From Chrysomallon squamiferum (taxonomy: Eukaryota; Animalia; Mollusca), in contig CM022671.1 of assembly GCA_012295275.1 (NCBI GenBank), positions 4,464,001 to 4,528,000 of the forward strand: a stretch of DNA of 64,000 bases, given 5' to 3'. Shown in pieces: positions 15,505-29,625 of the stretch. The position numbers were made by a program, and so were the translations under genes. The notes below the pieces were generated by a model. It was not told the origin of the DNA. It did not search any database and worked only from the letters and a program-made list of their open reading frames with translations. Within the stretch, counting starts at the first letter, position 1; every line of letters begins with the position of its first letter.

Positions 15505-15869
15505 TGGCGTAATTAGATTGTTGTTAAAATAGTCCGAAATAGCACGAGAGAACGAACGAGTATGTGTTAACTAATTAATTTTAATTTAATTAACAGTTAT
15601 TATTTTCAGACGTTTAGTAAGGTATTATTTTCAGAAAGCTAATGGATAATGAAAGACCAAAAATCAAAAAAAAAAAAAAAAAGTGCAAGGATATCTCGTT
15701 TAGGAAATGGAAGAAAATTTAATTAGCTGACATTAACGGCTTCTGAATGGAAACGACATCCCCAGAATCGCCTACGTTGATTACTGAGAAGTTGACTATT
15801 GTACGTCGTCACATCATTGTGAAACCTGTTTTTTTTCTTTTTGTTTTGTTCCATTGTCATAGGATTGTC

Positions 15870-16086
15870 GTGTGCGTGCGTGTGCGTGTGTGTGTGTGTG
15901 CGTGTGTGTGTGTGTGCGTATGTATGTGTGCGCGTGTGTGTGTGTATGTGTATGTAGGTATGTATATATATGAGTTCATATGTATGTATGTATATATGTA
16001 TGTATGTATATATGTATGTATGTATGTGTGTATGTAGGTATGTATATATATATATATATGAGTGCATATGTATGTATGTATGTTTG

Positions 16087-16161
<75 letters not shown>

Positions 16162-16180
16162 ATATCTATGTACGTATGTG
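15870..16180 (+). repeat. (GT)n/(GTAT)n compound microsatellite
   Basis: Directly visible. Confidence 0.93.
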
Positions 16181-17102
16181 TGGTATTTCTATTTTTGAAG
16201 TGACTTGTCGTTATATGATTTTACTCGAATAAAAAAGAAGAAAAAAAGCTGAGTGCAATAAAAAAACGAGAAAAAAACAAAGGAAACCTCGTTAATCTCG
16301 TTTTTCCTCTTTTCAAGTTAAATTTAACGACACTTTTATTATAATTTATTCCTATTTTTATTTAATTTTTATTCCTATTTTTATCGCCCGTATTCATCAA
16401 ACAGACCAACACGTCGAATATTTGCCAATCCTAAATTTCATAACTTGGTTACTGCGCATCTGCTATCGTGCTACTTCCGGTTTATTTGACAGAAGCAGAC
16501 GATAATAAATGCATGTACGTGACAAAAAAGATCTGACACGTGACCAAAACGTTTTTTCGAAAGTACAGAACACTTCTTTTGGACGTATTCACATTTTAGC
16601 ACCCAAGGGCTCAGAATAAGAGCAATTAATTTTTTTTTCTGAGACAATTTCAGTACATCATGTCTTCCTCGATTATTTTCAGATATGTAAGACAATGTAA
16701 TGAATGTCACGGCAAACGCGAAAAAAAAAAAAAAAAAAAAAAAAAAAGAAAATTCTGGATCTGATTGTCACATGACTGACATATTTGTCTGTCTGTCAGT
16801 ATTTCTGCAGCAGTTTTGTTATGTTGCAACGTGATTTAATCTAATGTTTATTTAATTAAGTTGCGTACTTGTGATACTGCGCATACCGGAAATGATAAAT
16901 GATACGATATTTTTAACTGAAGAGTTTAAGAAGAGTGAAGAAGAAATGATAACTATTGCTGAATGAAGGAATACATGAATGAATGAATGAATGAATGAAT
17001 GAATGAATTACGGACAATGGTTGAATAACAATTATTGGAATAAAATACAATTCAAAATGATATTCGCAAATAAATAAATAAATAAACAAATAAATAAATA
17101 TG

Positions 17103-17138
<36 letters not shown>

Positions 17139-17759
17139 AAAGTTAAAATTCATCTATCAGTCTAGATAAATAAATACATAGATAGATAAAAACAGAAGTA
17201 GAATAATTAAACTTTAATAAGCAATTAAATAAATGATTATATTTTCAGCAAAAAGAAAAACTATACGGTTATAAAAAAACCACAAAAACAAACAAACAAA
17301 AAAACTGTCTATATATATTTATTAGTACCAAGTTTATTTTACACAGAGGAATCATGTTAAAAGGTGTTTCACCTTCGGAAGTGGGTGTGGCCTAAAAAAA
17401 TTAAACTGTTCAAATTTCACGGTTAATTGATTTGAAATTTGATATTCTCCATAGACAATCCATCAGCAAAAAAAAAAGAACTTTTTTTTTTTTTTTTTTT
17501 TAGTAATATGATAAGTCAGGATTATTTTTGGCTTACAGATAATCTATTATACCATAAATAAACTGTAAATAATATGTGTTGATGATATGAAATATAAATA
17601 GTGTATTTTGTAACAGTATATGCATGTTGAATCAGCTTACAAAAATAACTGTAATTTAGTAAGATACGGTTATGATTATAAGTGTATTCAGTAATAATAA
17701 TAAATAAAATAAGCATTGTAAAAAGTGTTAATAAATATCCTTTAGAAGTGAAGGACGTC

Positions 17760-18230
17760 CACACACACACATACACACACATAGAGACACACATAAAGAC
17801 ACACACAAACACACACACACACACACACACACATACATACACACACAAACACACACACATACATATATACAGAGACATGCACATACACACATATACATAC
17901 ATGTCCCCCACACATATATACATATACACACATACAGACATACCTAAAGTCAGACACACACATACACACTTACAAAGACACTCACAAACACACACATATA
18001 CACACAGAAAAAATCATACCCCTCACACATATACACACACACACCTTCATACATACCACGCATAAATACACACACACACATACCATTAACACACGCATAC
18101 ACACAACATACACATACACACATCACATGCATACACATATACACATATATACACATACACACACATATATATATATACAGACACACACTCACATATACAC
18201 ACACACACACACACACTACACACACACTGA
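17760..18230 (+). repeat. degenerate (AC)n tract
   Basis: Directly visible. Confidence 0.92.
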
Positions 18231-20071
18231 AACACTAATAACACATAAAAATACAAAGAAAAACAACAATAAACAAGCAAAACATCAACAACGACAACAA
18301 CAACAACACACACATACAAAGATAAAATAATAAAACGTATAAAGGAATCCATAACCAAAGCGGAAAATCCCAAAGAACAGCAACAAAAATACATAAAATA
18401 AAATAAAATAAAATACTGTCCATCAGTATAAAAATAAATAAACTTAATTAATTAATTAATTCTTATTTTATTAATAACAACCAGTTTTTTCGTGTGCGTT
18501 TTTTTTTTCACTACAACAACAACAATAATGAAGCTTTCGAGATAAAGTTTGACCAATTGTCTACAAAGACTGAGTCAGGAAATCTTAATCTATTATCTAC
18601 GACATCTTGTTATTCACGGCTTTCAAAAATAGTTTAATATCTAATAAATTGTTACTTAAAGCTCCCACGCAGTAAATTATATCTTTTCCCTCCACGAAAC
18701 CTTTTAATAGCATTTATTTCACGTCTGAATTAAAATGTAACATTGCTTGTACGAAATGAATGCCTTAATACACGAAACAGCCATGTTATTTTCTTTCGTG
18801 ACGTCATCTCGTTATACTATACCGTGATATACTATACTATACAATAATACAGTATGATACATATATAATATAATGTTGTGAGATCTGATATGATGTGATA
18901 ACAAGATGTGTGTGTGTCTGTGTGTTTTTGTGTCTGTTTGGATATTATGTAGGTTATGTACGTGTGTGTGTATGTGTTTAGGTAGGTATATAGGTGTGTA
19001 ATGTGTGTGTGGTAAGAGTTTTCATGTCCATACAGCTGTTTGTATTTTAATCAAAGAGCAAATATATATATATATATATATATAAAATTTTAAATTAGAA
19101 AAAAACAAATAAACCAATAGACCAAAATAAATAAATAAATAAATACATAAACACATAAATAAATAAATAAATAAAAATAAATAAAAGAAATCAATAACCA
19201 TACACAAAAAATTTGACCTCGCATCGTTATCTTAATCTGTGCCACACAAACAAATGGTTAATCCTGATGACTGTACAAATCCGCTGATCGCATTCGTAAT
19301 CTTCTCTCATTGCCCAAAAAATCTACGTCGTCATTACCATGTTTATCACTGCGGTGTCACTTACACGTCATGAACCACGTAGAAGACATTACCTTTAGAT
19401 ATAAAACAACGTCTGTTAACAAAATACAAAAGAAAGAAGCCGACCGTTTCGGGATCCGATTTGAAACTAGGATAGGTCGTCTCGCTGTCATAGCTTTGTT
19501 GAAATATTTAAGCGAGAATGACCACGTCATCCGGCAGATAAGACGCCGTCACGTGACTTTGAAAGCGCGCGGATGAGTTAGTGTTTATTTTTAAACATCA
19601 TGTGACGTGTCGAGAACGATCCCGGAACGGTAAATGTGGTAAACATTGCAAAATAAGAGGTAATGGTATGATGATGAAATATTGATGAAATGATGATGTT
19701 AATAATAATGATGTTTACGGGGGCAAAAAAAAAAATAAACATGTTGGTAATATTAACACAAATAAACAATCCTAAAAAGTTTTGGGTGTGGGGGGAAAAA
19801 TTAAGAAAAATTACATAAACAGCAAGAACTGAAGTAAAAAATAAAAATTTTTAAAAAAAAAACTGGAAAGATAAAATGTGTAAGAAAAACAAACAAAAAG
19901 TTCATTGCGAAACTTAAAAATTGGATAAATTAGAAACACAGACTGAAATGCTTGTGTAGATACTGACAGAGTTAAAGGGAGAAAGAAAGAAGAAGGACGA
20001 CAAAGACAGAAAATTAAAGAAATAGGATAAATTAAAGAGAACAAAACAGAGAAAGGAAAAAGATATATATA

Positions 20072-20115
<44 letters not shown>

Positions 20116-20238
20116 CGTAAAAAGAATGAAACAAAAAAAAAAGAAAAAAAAAGAAAAAAACTGAGAGAAATAGAGTGATAGAGAGAAGGAGATAGAAAGA
20201 AAGAAATAGAAGATAAATATATACAGAGACTAACCAAT

Positions 20239-20282
<44 letters not shown>

Positions 20283-20790
20283 AAAAAAAAGAAAATGGAT
20301 TTAGTTGAAAACAGGAAAAGTTATTTTTGTATCCTGACAGTAAAAGTGTGTTTCTTAGAAACACACCTTGAAAATTGTCACGTACAAAAGTGAATGATTT
20401 ATTTAGATAATTCTGATGTATAATTTTCTCTCTTCAGTTACTGAAGAATTATCGTTTCGACTGAGGCAGAAGAAAAACACACACACCCTTAAATCTGATA
20501 AAAAGAACTGAAAGTCGAAAGTGAAAAGAAAAGGTCAATGTACTGAAAGATAATTACATACGTATATACAGTCAGACAAAAAAAAAAAAAAAAAAAAAAA
20601 ACGTATATCTAGAAAAAAAAAATATATCTCCCCAAGAAAAGAAAAAACAACAAAAAAAAAAAAAAAAAAAAATTATTATTAATAATAATAAAATAAATTA
20701 AAATAAAAAATAGAAGAAAATATTTTAAGTGTTACATAAACACCTATAAATATATCCAAATAAATATATGATTAAGTTTATGATGCATGA

Positions 20791-20847
<57 letters not shown>

Positions 20848-21235
20848 TATTTTTATACAAACGTATTTGCTATAATATTCTCGGCTTAGTTTTTTTACTT
20901 CCTTCTTTCATTAAATCTTTCATATCTTTTTCTGTTTTCTTTCCTTATACTCTTTTTTCTTCCTTGTTCTGAATTATCTCTTACACATTTTGTCTTCTGT
21001 TTTTCTCATTTTCTTTTCTTGATTTTTTTTTCTTACTTTTATCTGAGTAATTTAACGTAAACAGGACACATGTGTAAAAATAAAATAAATAATTATTCAA
21101 AAAGCTAATCTGAAGTTGTAAACCTGCTAAAAAATAAGAAACAAATAAACAAAACATACTTATTTACTTATGACAACAGTATGACGTATATACTTGACCG
21201 TTTAAATGACCTTAATATGTAATGTATTCATAAAA

Positions 21236-21392
21236 TAGTGACATAATGTAGTTCTTTAAAAGTAACCTAATAACGTTTACAAACGTGACGTAATAACGTT
21301 TCACAAACATGACGTAATACGTTCTAGAAAAGTGACGTAATCTATTCGAAGAGAAATGACGTAATATATTTCTAGAAAAGGTAGCGTAATCT
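21236..21392 (+). repeat. degenerate 23-24 bp tandem array with a conserved TGACGTAAT core
   Basis: Cores at 21239, 21263, 21286, 21310, 21333, 21357 and ~21382. Four are perfect TGACGTAAT. Confidence 0.8.
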
Positions 21393-22190
21393 GGCTGAAC
21401 AGTAGATTAAAGTTTTAAAAGACACAGGATCAATTCTTCTCGATCCTATTTTAAGTTATTTTTCACTATTTCTTAATAAGAATCTATGTTTAAATGATAA
21501 TTTTAAAAATGCTAAGGTATGTTTATATTAATCAATTTGTACGGCGAAAGATATTCTTACTAATTATAGTAATACCAATAAAAAAAATTTATGAGATTTT
21601 TTTTTGCTAACTTGTGACGCTTTATAACATGATATGATATGATATGAAATAACATAACGTAACATAAGACAATAAAATGTAATATAATATAATATTATAC
21701 AATATAATATAATATAATATAATATAATATAATATAATATAATATAATATAATATAATATAATATGATACAACAGCGTCAAATTTAGGCCACAGACAACA
21801 TAAAACAGAAATTAACTGAAAATGGCAATTTCCTTAAACTTCTAATAACGTCTTTAAACGTTATTGTTAGTAAAGAATGGTAAGCTAAATTATTTAAAAT
21901 ATACTTAATCTACTTGTTCACAGCAGCATACGTACATTTTCAGCAGAAACACAAATAAAATAAGCAACTTTAAAGTATCCAAAAGTATTTTATTTAATAC
22001 ACTTAAGAAATTTGTCAATACCCCCACAGGTTCATTATGACAAGAAATAAAAATGTCGTTTGCAAACATTTAAAATGTATCTGTGCACTTTGTCATAACA
22101 CTCCAGGAGCACTTTAATAGGTAATAAAAATAACAATAAAACCTGAATATACGAAATGTATTTAGGCGCTTATATATGTATATATATATA

Positions 22191-22238
<48 letters not shown>

Positions 22239-23604
22239 TGTGAGTGCACGCGCACGCAATTGCACAAAACAATCATTTAACAAAACATAAAATTATTTTT
22301 AGACTATTTATTCAGGCCATTTTAAACAAGCAATCAAGCGATTATATATCTATTCTTTTCAATTTGTATGGGAAAAAACCTCTTTTTACAGATCTTATCT
22401 ATATAGTGTATATCAAAGTTATATTTAGCCTGGGTTATTTTTTCAAGGCGGAACGGTTTTAAAATTTACAATTTTGTTTCGTAGGTAAAGAAAAAAATGA
22501 AGTGAAGAAAATTGCCCCAAAGGTGAAAAAACATAATTGTATTTTGATGAAAAATGTACACCTATTTCTTTGATCTTTTTTTTTTAAATATTTTTTTATT
22601 TACTGCCTATAAAGGTAATAGCAATGTTTAGTTATAATTTTTGCTTTTGATAAATTATTTAAGTTAGAAGGTGAAAAGATGTGAAAATATCAGCAGATTT
22701 TAGTGTTCTTCATTTTATACTTAGAGAATAAAATAAAGCGAAGAATTTATTTATTTTAATTTTTTTATCTTCTGTTAAAAAATTATTATTAAATTTCAAT
22801 GAATTAAAAGACTGTGGTATGAATTTACATACGGAGTAAATTATTTCTGCACCATGTTCTGTCTGACTGTCTGTTTGTCTGTTCATTATTCTGTCAATGA
22901 GTTAATTTGTCTTTTTGTTTTCTTTGTCCATCTGTCCCTCCTTCTTTTTCTACCATCAATTTGTCTAACTATGGAATGTGCGTGTGTGTGTGTGTGTTAG
23001 ATGCGATCGCATTTCAACTGTCTCTCTCTTTCTTGTTTCGCTTTTAGTTCTATCATTTTCTTATTATTTCTTTTAGAAAAAGATTGAACAACAACAAAAC
23101 AACAACAACAACAACAACAACAACAATAATAATAATAAATAACGATTAAACTAAAAAAAAAAAAAAAAAAAAAATTAAAAAGATTAAAGTTTCCAATTCT
23201 ATAAATATCTGTAATTAAGCATGCTTTTGATGTTTAACCTAATTAACAGATGTTCAAGCTGAGACTGTTTTAACAAATGTCGAATCATTCTGACTGAGTG
23301 ATTTGTTTCTTTCTCATAGCGCTCTGCAGGTGCAGGGCGTGATGTCACACAATAATGTGTTTAGATATCTACACACAGACATACCAATACACCCACACGT
23401 TATGTAATGTACCCCAACCACCCTCATATACACTCAGTTATACCCATATATATACAGTCATATACAGCTGTATTCACGCAATGAGCACATGCACACAGAC
23501 ACCGACACGCACATAGATAGGTTCAGCACTGTTCCCTGATCATTCAATGTAAACACAAAGGTACTGACTGTCATGCATTCTGCACACGCGCACACACAGA
23601 TACA

Positions 23605-23908
<304 letters not shown>

Positions 23909-24214
23909 AACAGGTGTATTTTTTTCCTGCACGATTAATCTTCCATATTTAGGAGTGTTCGTAACCTGATACACCTGAATTAATTATTACCTGAAGAAAA
24001 ATAATACTACATGAGACAAAAGTGGAGTAATATGATACAGGTATAGAATTTATCAGAGCTGGTTTTTATATCACTGAAAACACATCAAGGCAAGGCAGGG
24101 CAGATCCACTATTTCAAATGATAGAGGGCCATGATTGTTGTCGTTATAACTATCAAGATAAAAATATAAAATAATTAATATAGATAAGATAAGATTAGGT
24201 AAGGTTAAGACAGT

Positions 24215-24470
24215 ATAACATAACAACATAACATAGCATAACATAACATAACATAACATAACGAGGCATAACGTAACGTAACGTAACGTAACGTACGTAA
24301 CAACTAAACCTAGCATAACATAACATAACGTAACGTAGCATAACGTAGCATAACGTAACGTAACGTAACATAACGTACGTAACAACTAAACCTAACCACA
24401 TAACGTAACATAAAAATTAACGTATCTTGACATAATGCATATAACATAAAATATAACATAACATAACATT
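24215..24470 (+). repeat. (CATAA/CGTAA)n pentanucleotide repeat
   Basis: Directly visible, with an internal duplicate of ACGTACGTAACAACTAAACCT. Confidence 0.9.
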
Positions 24471-25777
24471 ATAATAACACACTGAATAAATAAAACTAAA
24501 CAAACGAACAAATAAACAAATAAAGAAAGCAAGAAAAAACAAACAAACAAATATACAATCAAATAAGTGAATAAATAAATAAATAAATAACAAAAGTTAA
24601 AATAAATAAATAATAAATAAATGAATAAATAAATAAATAAATATTAAATAAATGAACAAATAAATAAATAACAAAAGTTAAAATAAATAAATATTAAATA
24701 AATGAATAAATAAATAAATAAATAATAAATATTAAATAAATAAATAAAGGTTAAAATAAATAAATAGATAAATAAATAAAAGAGAAATATTAAAATAAAC
24801 AAACAAGTAAATAACACGTGCGGAGTAGGGGTGGGGTGGGGTGGGGTGGGTCGATACACACGCCTGAGCGCCCCACCCAAGATCTGTGCATCAGATAAAG
24901 TATTACTTACTTCGTAATGGCGACCGTTGCTTCGCATGAGTTACCTCTGACACTCAGCTGTCGGTTGAATTAATGACATACCAGACGCAGTTGATTTGTC
25001 AACGACAATGTCGCAGTCGTCGTTTTTGTCTGTTCTCGACACGTACACTTTACACAGTGTTCGCACAACGACGGGCAAAGTGCGTGCCCCTTTAAATTTC
25101 TAATCACATCTGTGTAACATCAACGTCGCAATGAACGTTTAGTAAAGACAGGTTTAAAATAAGATGAACAGAACCTTGGTAGAGGTGGGGTTAAGTGTGT
25201 GTGCGTGTGTGCTGTGTGTGTGTGCGTGTGTGTATGTGTGTATATGTGCGTCTGCGTGTGTGTTTGTATCTCTGTATTTTTGTCTGTGTATATTAAAATA
25301 AGGTGAACAGAATTGGTAGAGGTGGGGTTAAGTGTCTATGTGTCTGTGTGTGTGTGTATATGTGTCTTCAAGTGTGTATGTTTGTGTATGTATATGTATG
25401 GATGTTTGTGTATGTAAGAGAGTGTGTGTAACAGTGTGTATGTGTCAGTGTGTATGTGTATGATGTTTCGTTTTGTTTGTTTTTTGTTATATATACACAT
25501 ACATACATACATTATATATACACACACATACATACATACATACATACATTATATATACACATACATACACACACATATATATATATGTATGTATAAGTAT
25601 ATAGACACACACACATACACAAACACACACACACATATATATATAAAACTTATATGTTGTATAAAAAATATGTTTAGCTTTTTAATGTATGCATTAACAT
25701 TTGTTTATCTCTATTTCTTTCTTTCACTCCATCAGTCCCTCTCTGTTTGTCTATGTCTCTCTGTCTCTCTCTCTGTC

Positions 25778-25886
<109 letters not shown>

Positions 25887-26306
25887 GTCTCTCCCTCGCT
25901 CGTTCATTCTGTATGGCTGGAATATGACACAAAGTTTCAATATTTTTATCTAAGATGTAATTTTCTTCGTTTTTCTTTTCGAAAGTATACAAAATGCACC
26001 AAACAACATTCTGTTCATCTCGCTTCCTAGTAATAACAGTTCACCCGCCCCTTTAATAAAAGCTGGACCCGTCCCTAAACAGATGTCTGTTCTTACATCT
26101 CACTAAGCTGTCTTTGTTTGTTCTGTATCTCTCTCTCTCTCTCTCTTTCTGTCAGTATTTGTGCTTCTCTCTCTATCTTTCCATCAGTGTGTATATCTCC
26201 CTTTTTCTATCTCTTTCTACCATTATTTTTTTTTTTTTTTCCTATCTCTATTACTCTGTATATATATCTCTCTTTTTCTGTCATTCTCTCTGTATCTCTC
26301 TTTCTT

Positions 26307-26400
<94 letters not shown>

Positions 26401-26500
26401 ATACCTTTATGCTTTCTTCTCTGAATCATTCTTCATCTTATTTTGTCTTTTCTTCATTCTTCATCTTCTCTCTCACTATCTCTCTTTCTTTTTTAATTTT

Positions 26501-26661
<161 letters not shown>

Positions 26662-26891
26662 ACTCACTCTCAAAACACATAATACTGCACTTATCGGCAA
26701 CACAAAGAGCGACACAGAATTTTCTCAAGCCCACGCAAAAATTAGTTCAACATGTGACGTCACTACCCTTTCGCCTATACCGGATGTATTGAACGATAAT
26801 TTAATTCATGCCCCCCTACTGTGAATTAAGCTATTTCTTTCAAAGTCAATACCCTTCGGCTTTTCTTTTTCTTTTTCTTTTTTTCTTTCTT

Positions 26892-26929
<38 letters not shown>

Positions 26930-27096
26930 ATACTTTATTGTTATGTTAATAACTACATGCATAGCTTTCGCCTACAAAATCGAATATGGGCATAGTTGAC
27001 TGGTTTTACGAGTTCTAGACTTAACCAGTGAAACGTAAGATGCAATTCAGTTCGTCAGTTCCATTGTGACGTCACAGACATCGAGATTTATAACTT

Positions 27097-27168
<72 letters not shown>

Positions 27169-27228
27169 GTAATAGCTTTACTTATGTCAGATATATTTTA
27201 TTTACAGCTAAAACGAACGAGACAGCAT

Positions 27229-27299
<71 letters not shown>

Positions 27300-27372
27300 G
27301 AAAAAGAAAGACATAAAGGAAGAATGGAAAAAAATAAAGAGAAAAGTAGGTAAAGAAAAAGAAACACTGGCG

Positions 27373-27441
<69 letters not shown>

Positions 27442-28612
27442 GGAAAAGGGTTTAAAAGACAAAAAAAAACAAAAAAAGGAAACAGAAAAGAAAGAAAGAT
27501 TGTGAGATAGAGAGAAGGGAGAAGGAAAAAGACAGAAAACGAGCGAGACATTGGTATACAGATATACAGACAAATAAACAGAAGAGATAAGAAGGAAAAA
27601 AAAAAAAAAAACGAGAAAAATTAGCGAATGATTTATACTAAAACTCATGAAATTTTAAAAGCCGTTTCTTTTCGAATTTTATTTTATTTCAAGTTCATTT
27701 TTTTATAAACAATTAAAACATTACTCTCTGTGTGTTACAGTGACCTAGAAAAAAACAACTTTTAAAAGCTTAGTCTAAATGTGGTGATTTTTTTCACCCA
27801 CCCACTCTAAACCGACGTTTTGTAAAAAGTTATCTCCTGTGACACTATCGTTGTATTACTACGAAAGCCGATTTCACTCGGCTCTCCCAGGCAGTGAGGT
27901 TCTCGAGGAGTGCCCGAGGCAAATGTAGGTGAACAAAAAAAAAAAAATAATAATAAAATAATAATAATAATAATTTTAAAAGTAAAGAAGATAAAAAATG
28001 TTAAATAAAAAATAAAAAGATAAAAAAAAAAAAAAAAAATAAATAGAAATAAATAAATAATAAAAAATAATAATGATAATAATAAATAAAAAGTTAAAAA
28101 TAAAATATAAAATAAAAAAATAAAATTAAATAAAATAATAAAATAATAAAAAAAATATTAATTAATAAACATTTTACTACTACTACTACTGAATATTTGA
28201 AATAATAATACAAAAATTATAAGAAAATAACACGTCACTCGCTGCTGGACTATCTTTACCAATTAGCAGTAAAGTATATTTTATATTTACCTTCCCGTGA
28301 ACAGGAGATAAATATGTAGCATAGCACGGAAAATAACGTAATGGATACAGCGAGGATAGATCCAGCGACCTGTTCACGCTCACGTCTAATTAACCAATGA
28401 GGTATAAGTCTGCCAGCACTGTTATGTTAAGTTATGTTCTGTTATGGTATGCTAGGTTTATGTTGCTAGTTATGATACATTTGCCAGTTACGTTAAATTA
28501 CGTTTATGTTATGTTAAATAATTATCTATGTTTGTATGTATGTCTGTATACAAGCGCATACACGTGTGTGTGTGTGTTTATGTGCGTATATATACATATA
28601 CAATCACACACA

Positions 28613-28662
<50 letters not shown>

Positions 28663-28703
28663 AATACACACAAACATATATACATTTATATATATACACA
28701 TAC

Positions 28704-28770
<67 letters not shown>

Positions 28771-28787
28771 TACATACATACATACAT

Positions 28788-28825
<38 letters not shown>

Positions 28826-29317
28826 ATATATATATATAATCTTTGGATCTTGTCATTTACTGAATTATTTCTTAACACAAACAAACTCGAGTTTGTAAAT
28901 GAATGTTTTTCAAATAGCTCTTATCTCTGAAACTCACGCGACTACAAGTCAAGCAAATCTCTACAACCAGACATTATCTTTGCCCGTCGTATTCGTCAGC
29001 CCCAAGTTCACGGTACCAGAACAAATAGCCTGCTGTTTACGCCGTGTCATTTACGTCACGTGACCCCACAGCCATTTACATAAGGTCAGGTTAACAGCCT
29101 TGTTTGTGGGTTTTTTTTATCATATGTAGGTCAGTCTTAGGTAAAAATGTTTCAGTAGCATACCACGTCCCAATGACAAAACGAACAAAGAGGAAATCTA
29201 GAATGTATAAATTAATCTTCTTGTTTTAAAGAGGATTAAATTTCTCTCTCTCTACCCTTCTGCCTCTACCCCCATTTCTCTCTTAAATATTTCTGTTTAA
29301 ATGTTTTTGGCTTGTGA

Positions 29318-29484
<167 letters not shown>

Positions 29485-29583
29485 TTTGTACAGGTGACTT
29501 TTGGTGACTATGCATTTGACTGTATGTATAAATGCAGCTGTAGGTTTGTAAATGTGTACGACGCAGTTCACAAATGAATAATA

Positions 29584-29625
<42 letters not shown>

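Noticed and set aside
16976-17008. (GAAT)n tracts as Capicua site arrays (also 30100-30148)
   Set aside because: These are plain tetranucleotide microsatellites, so the motif match is expected from the repeat unit alone.
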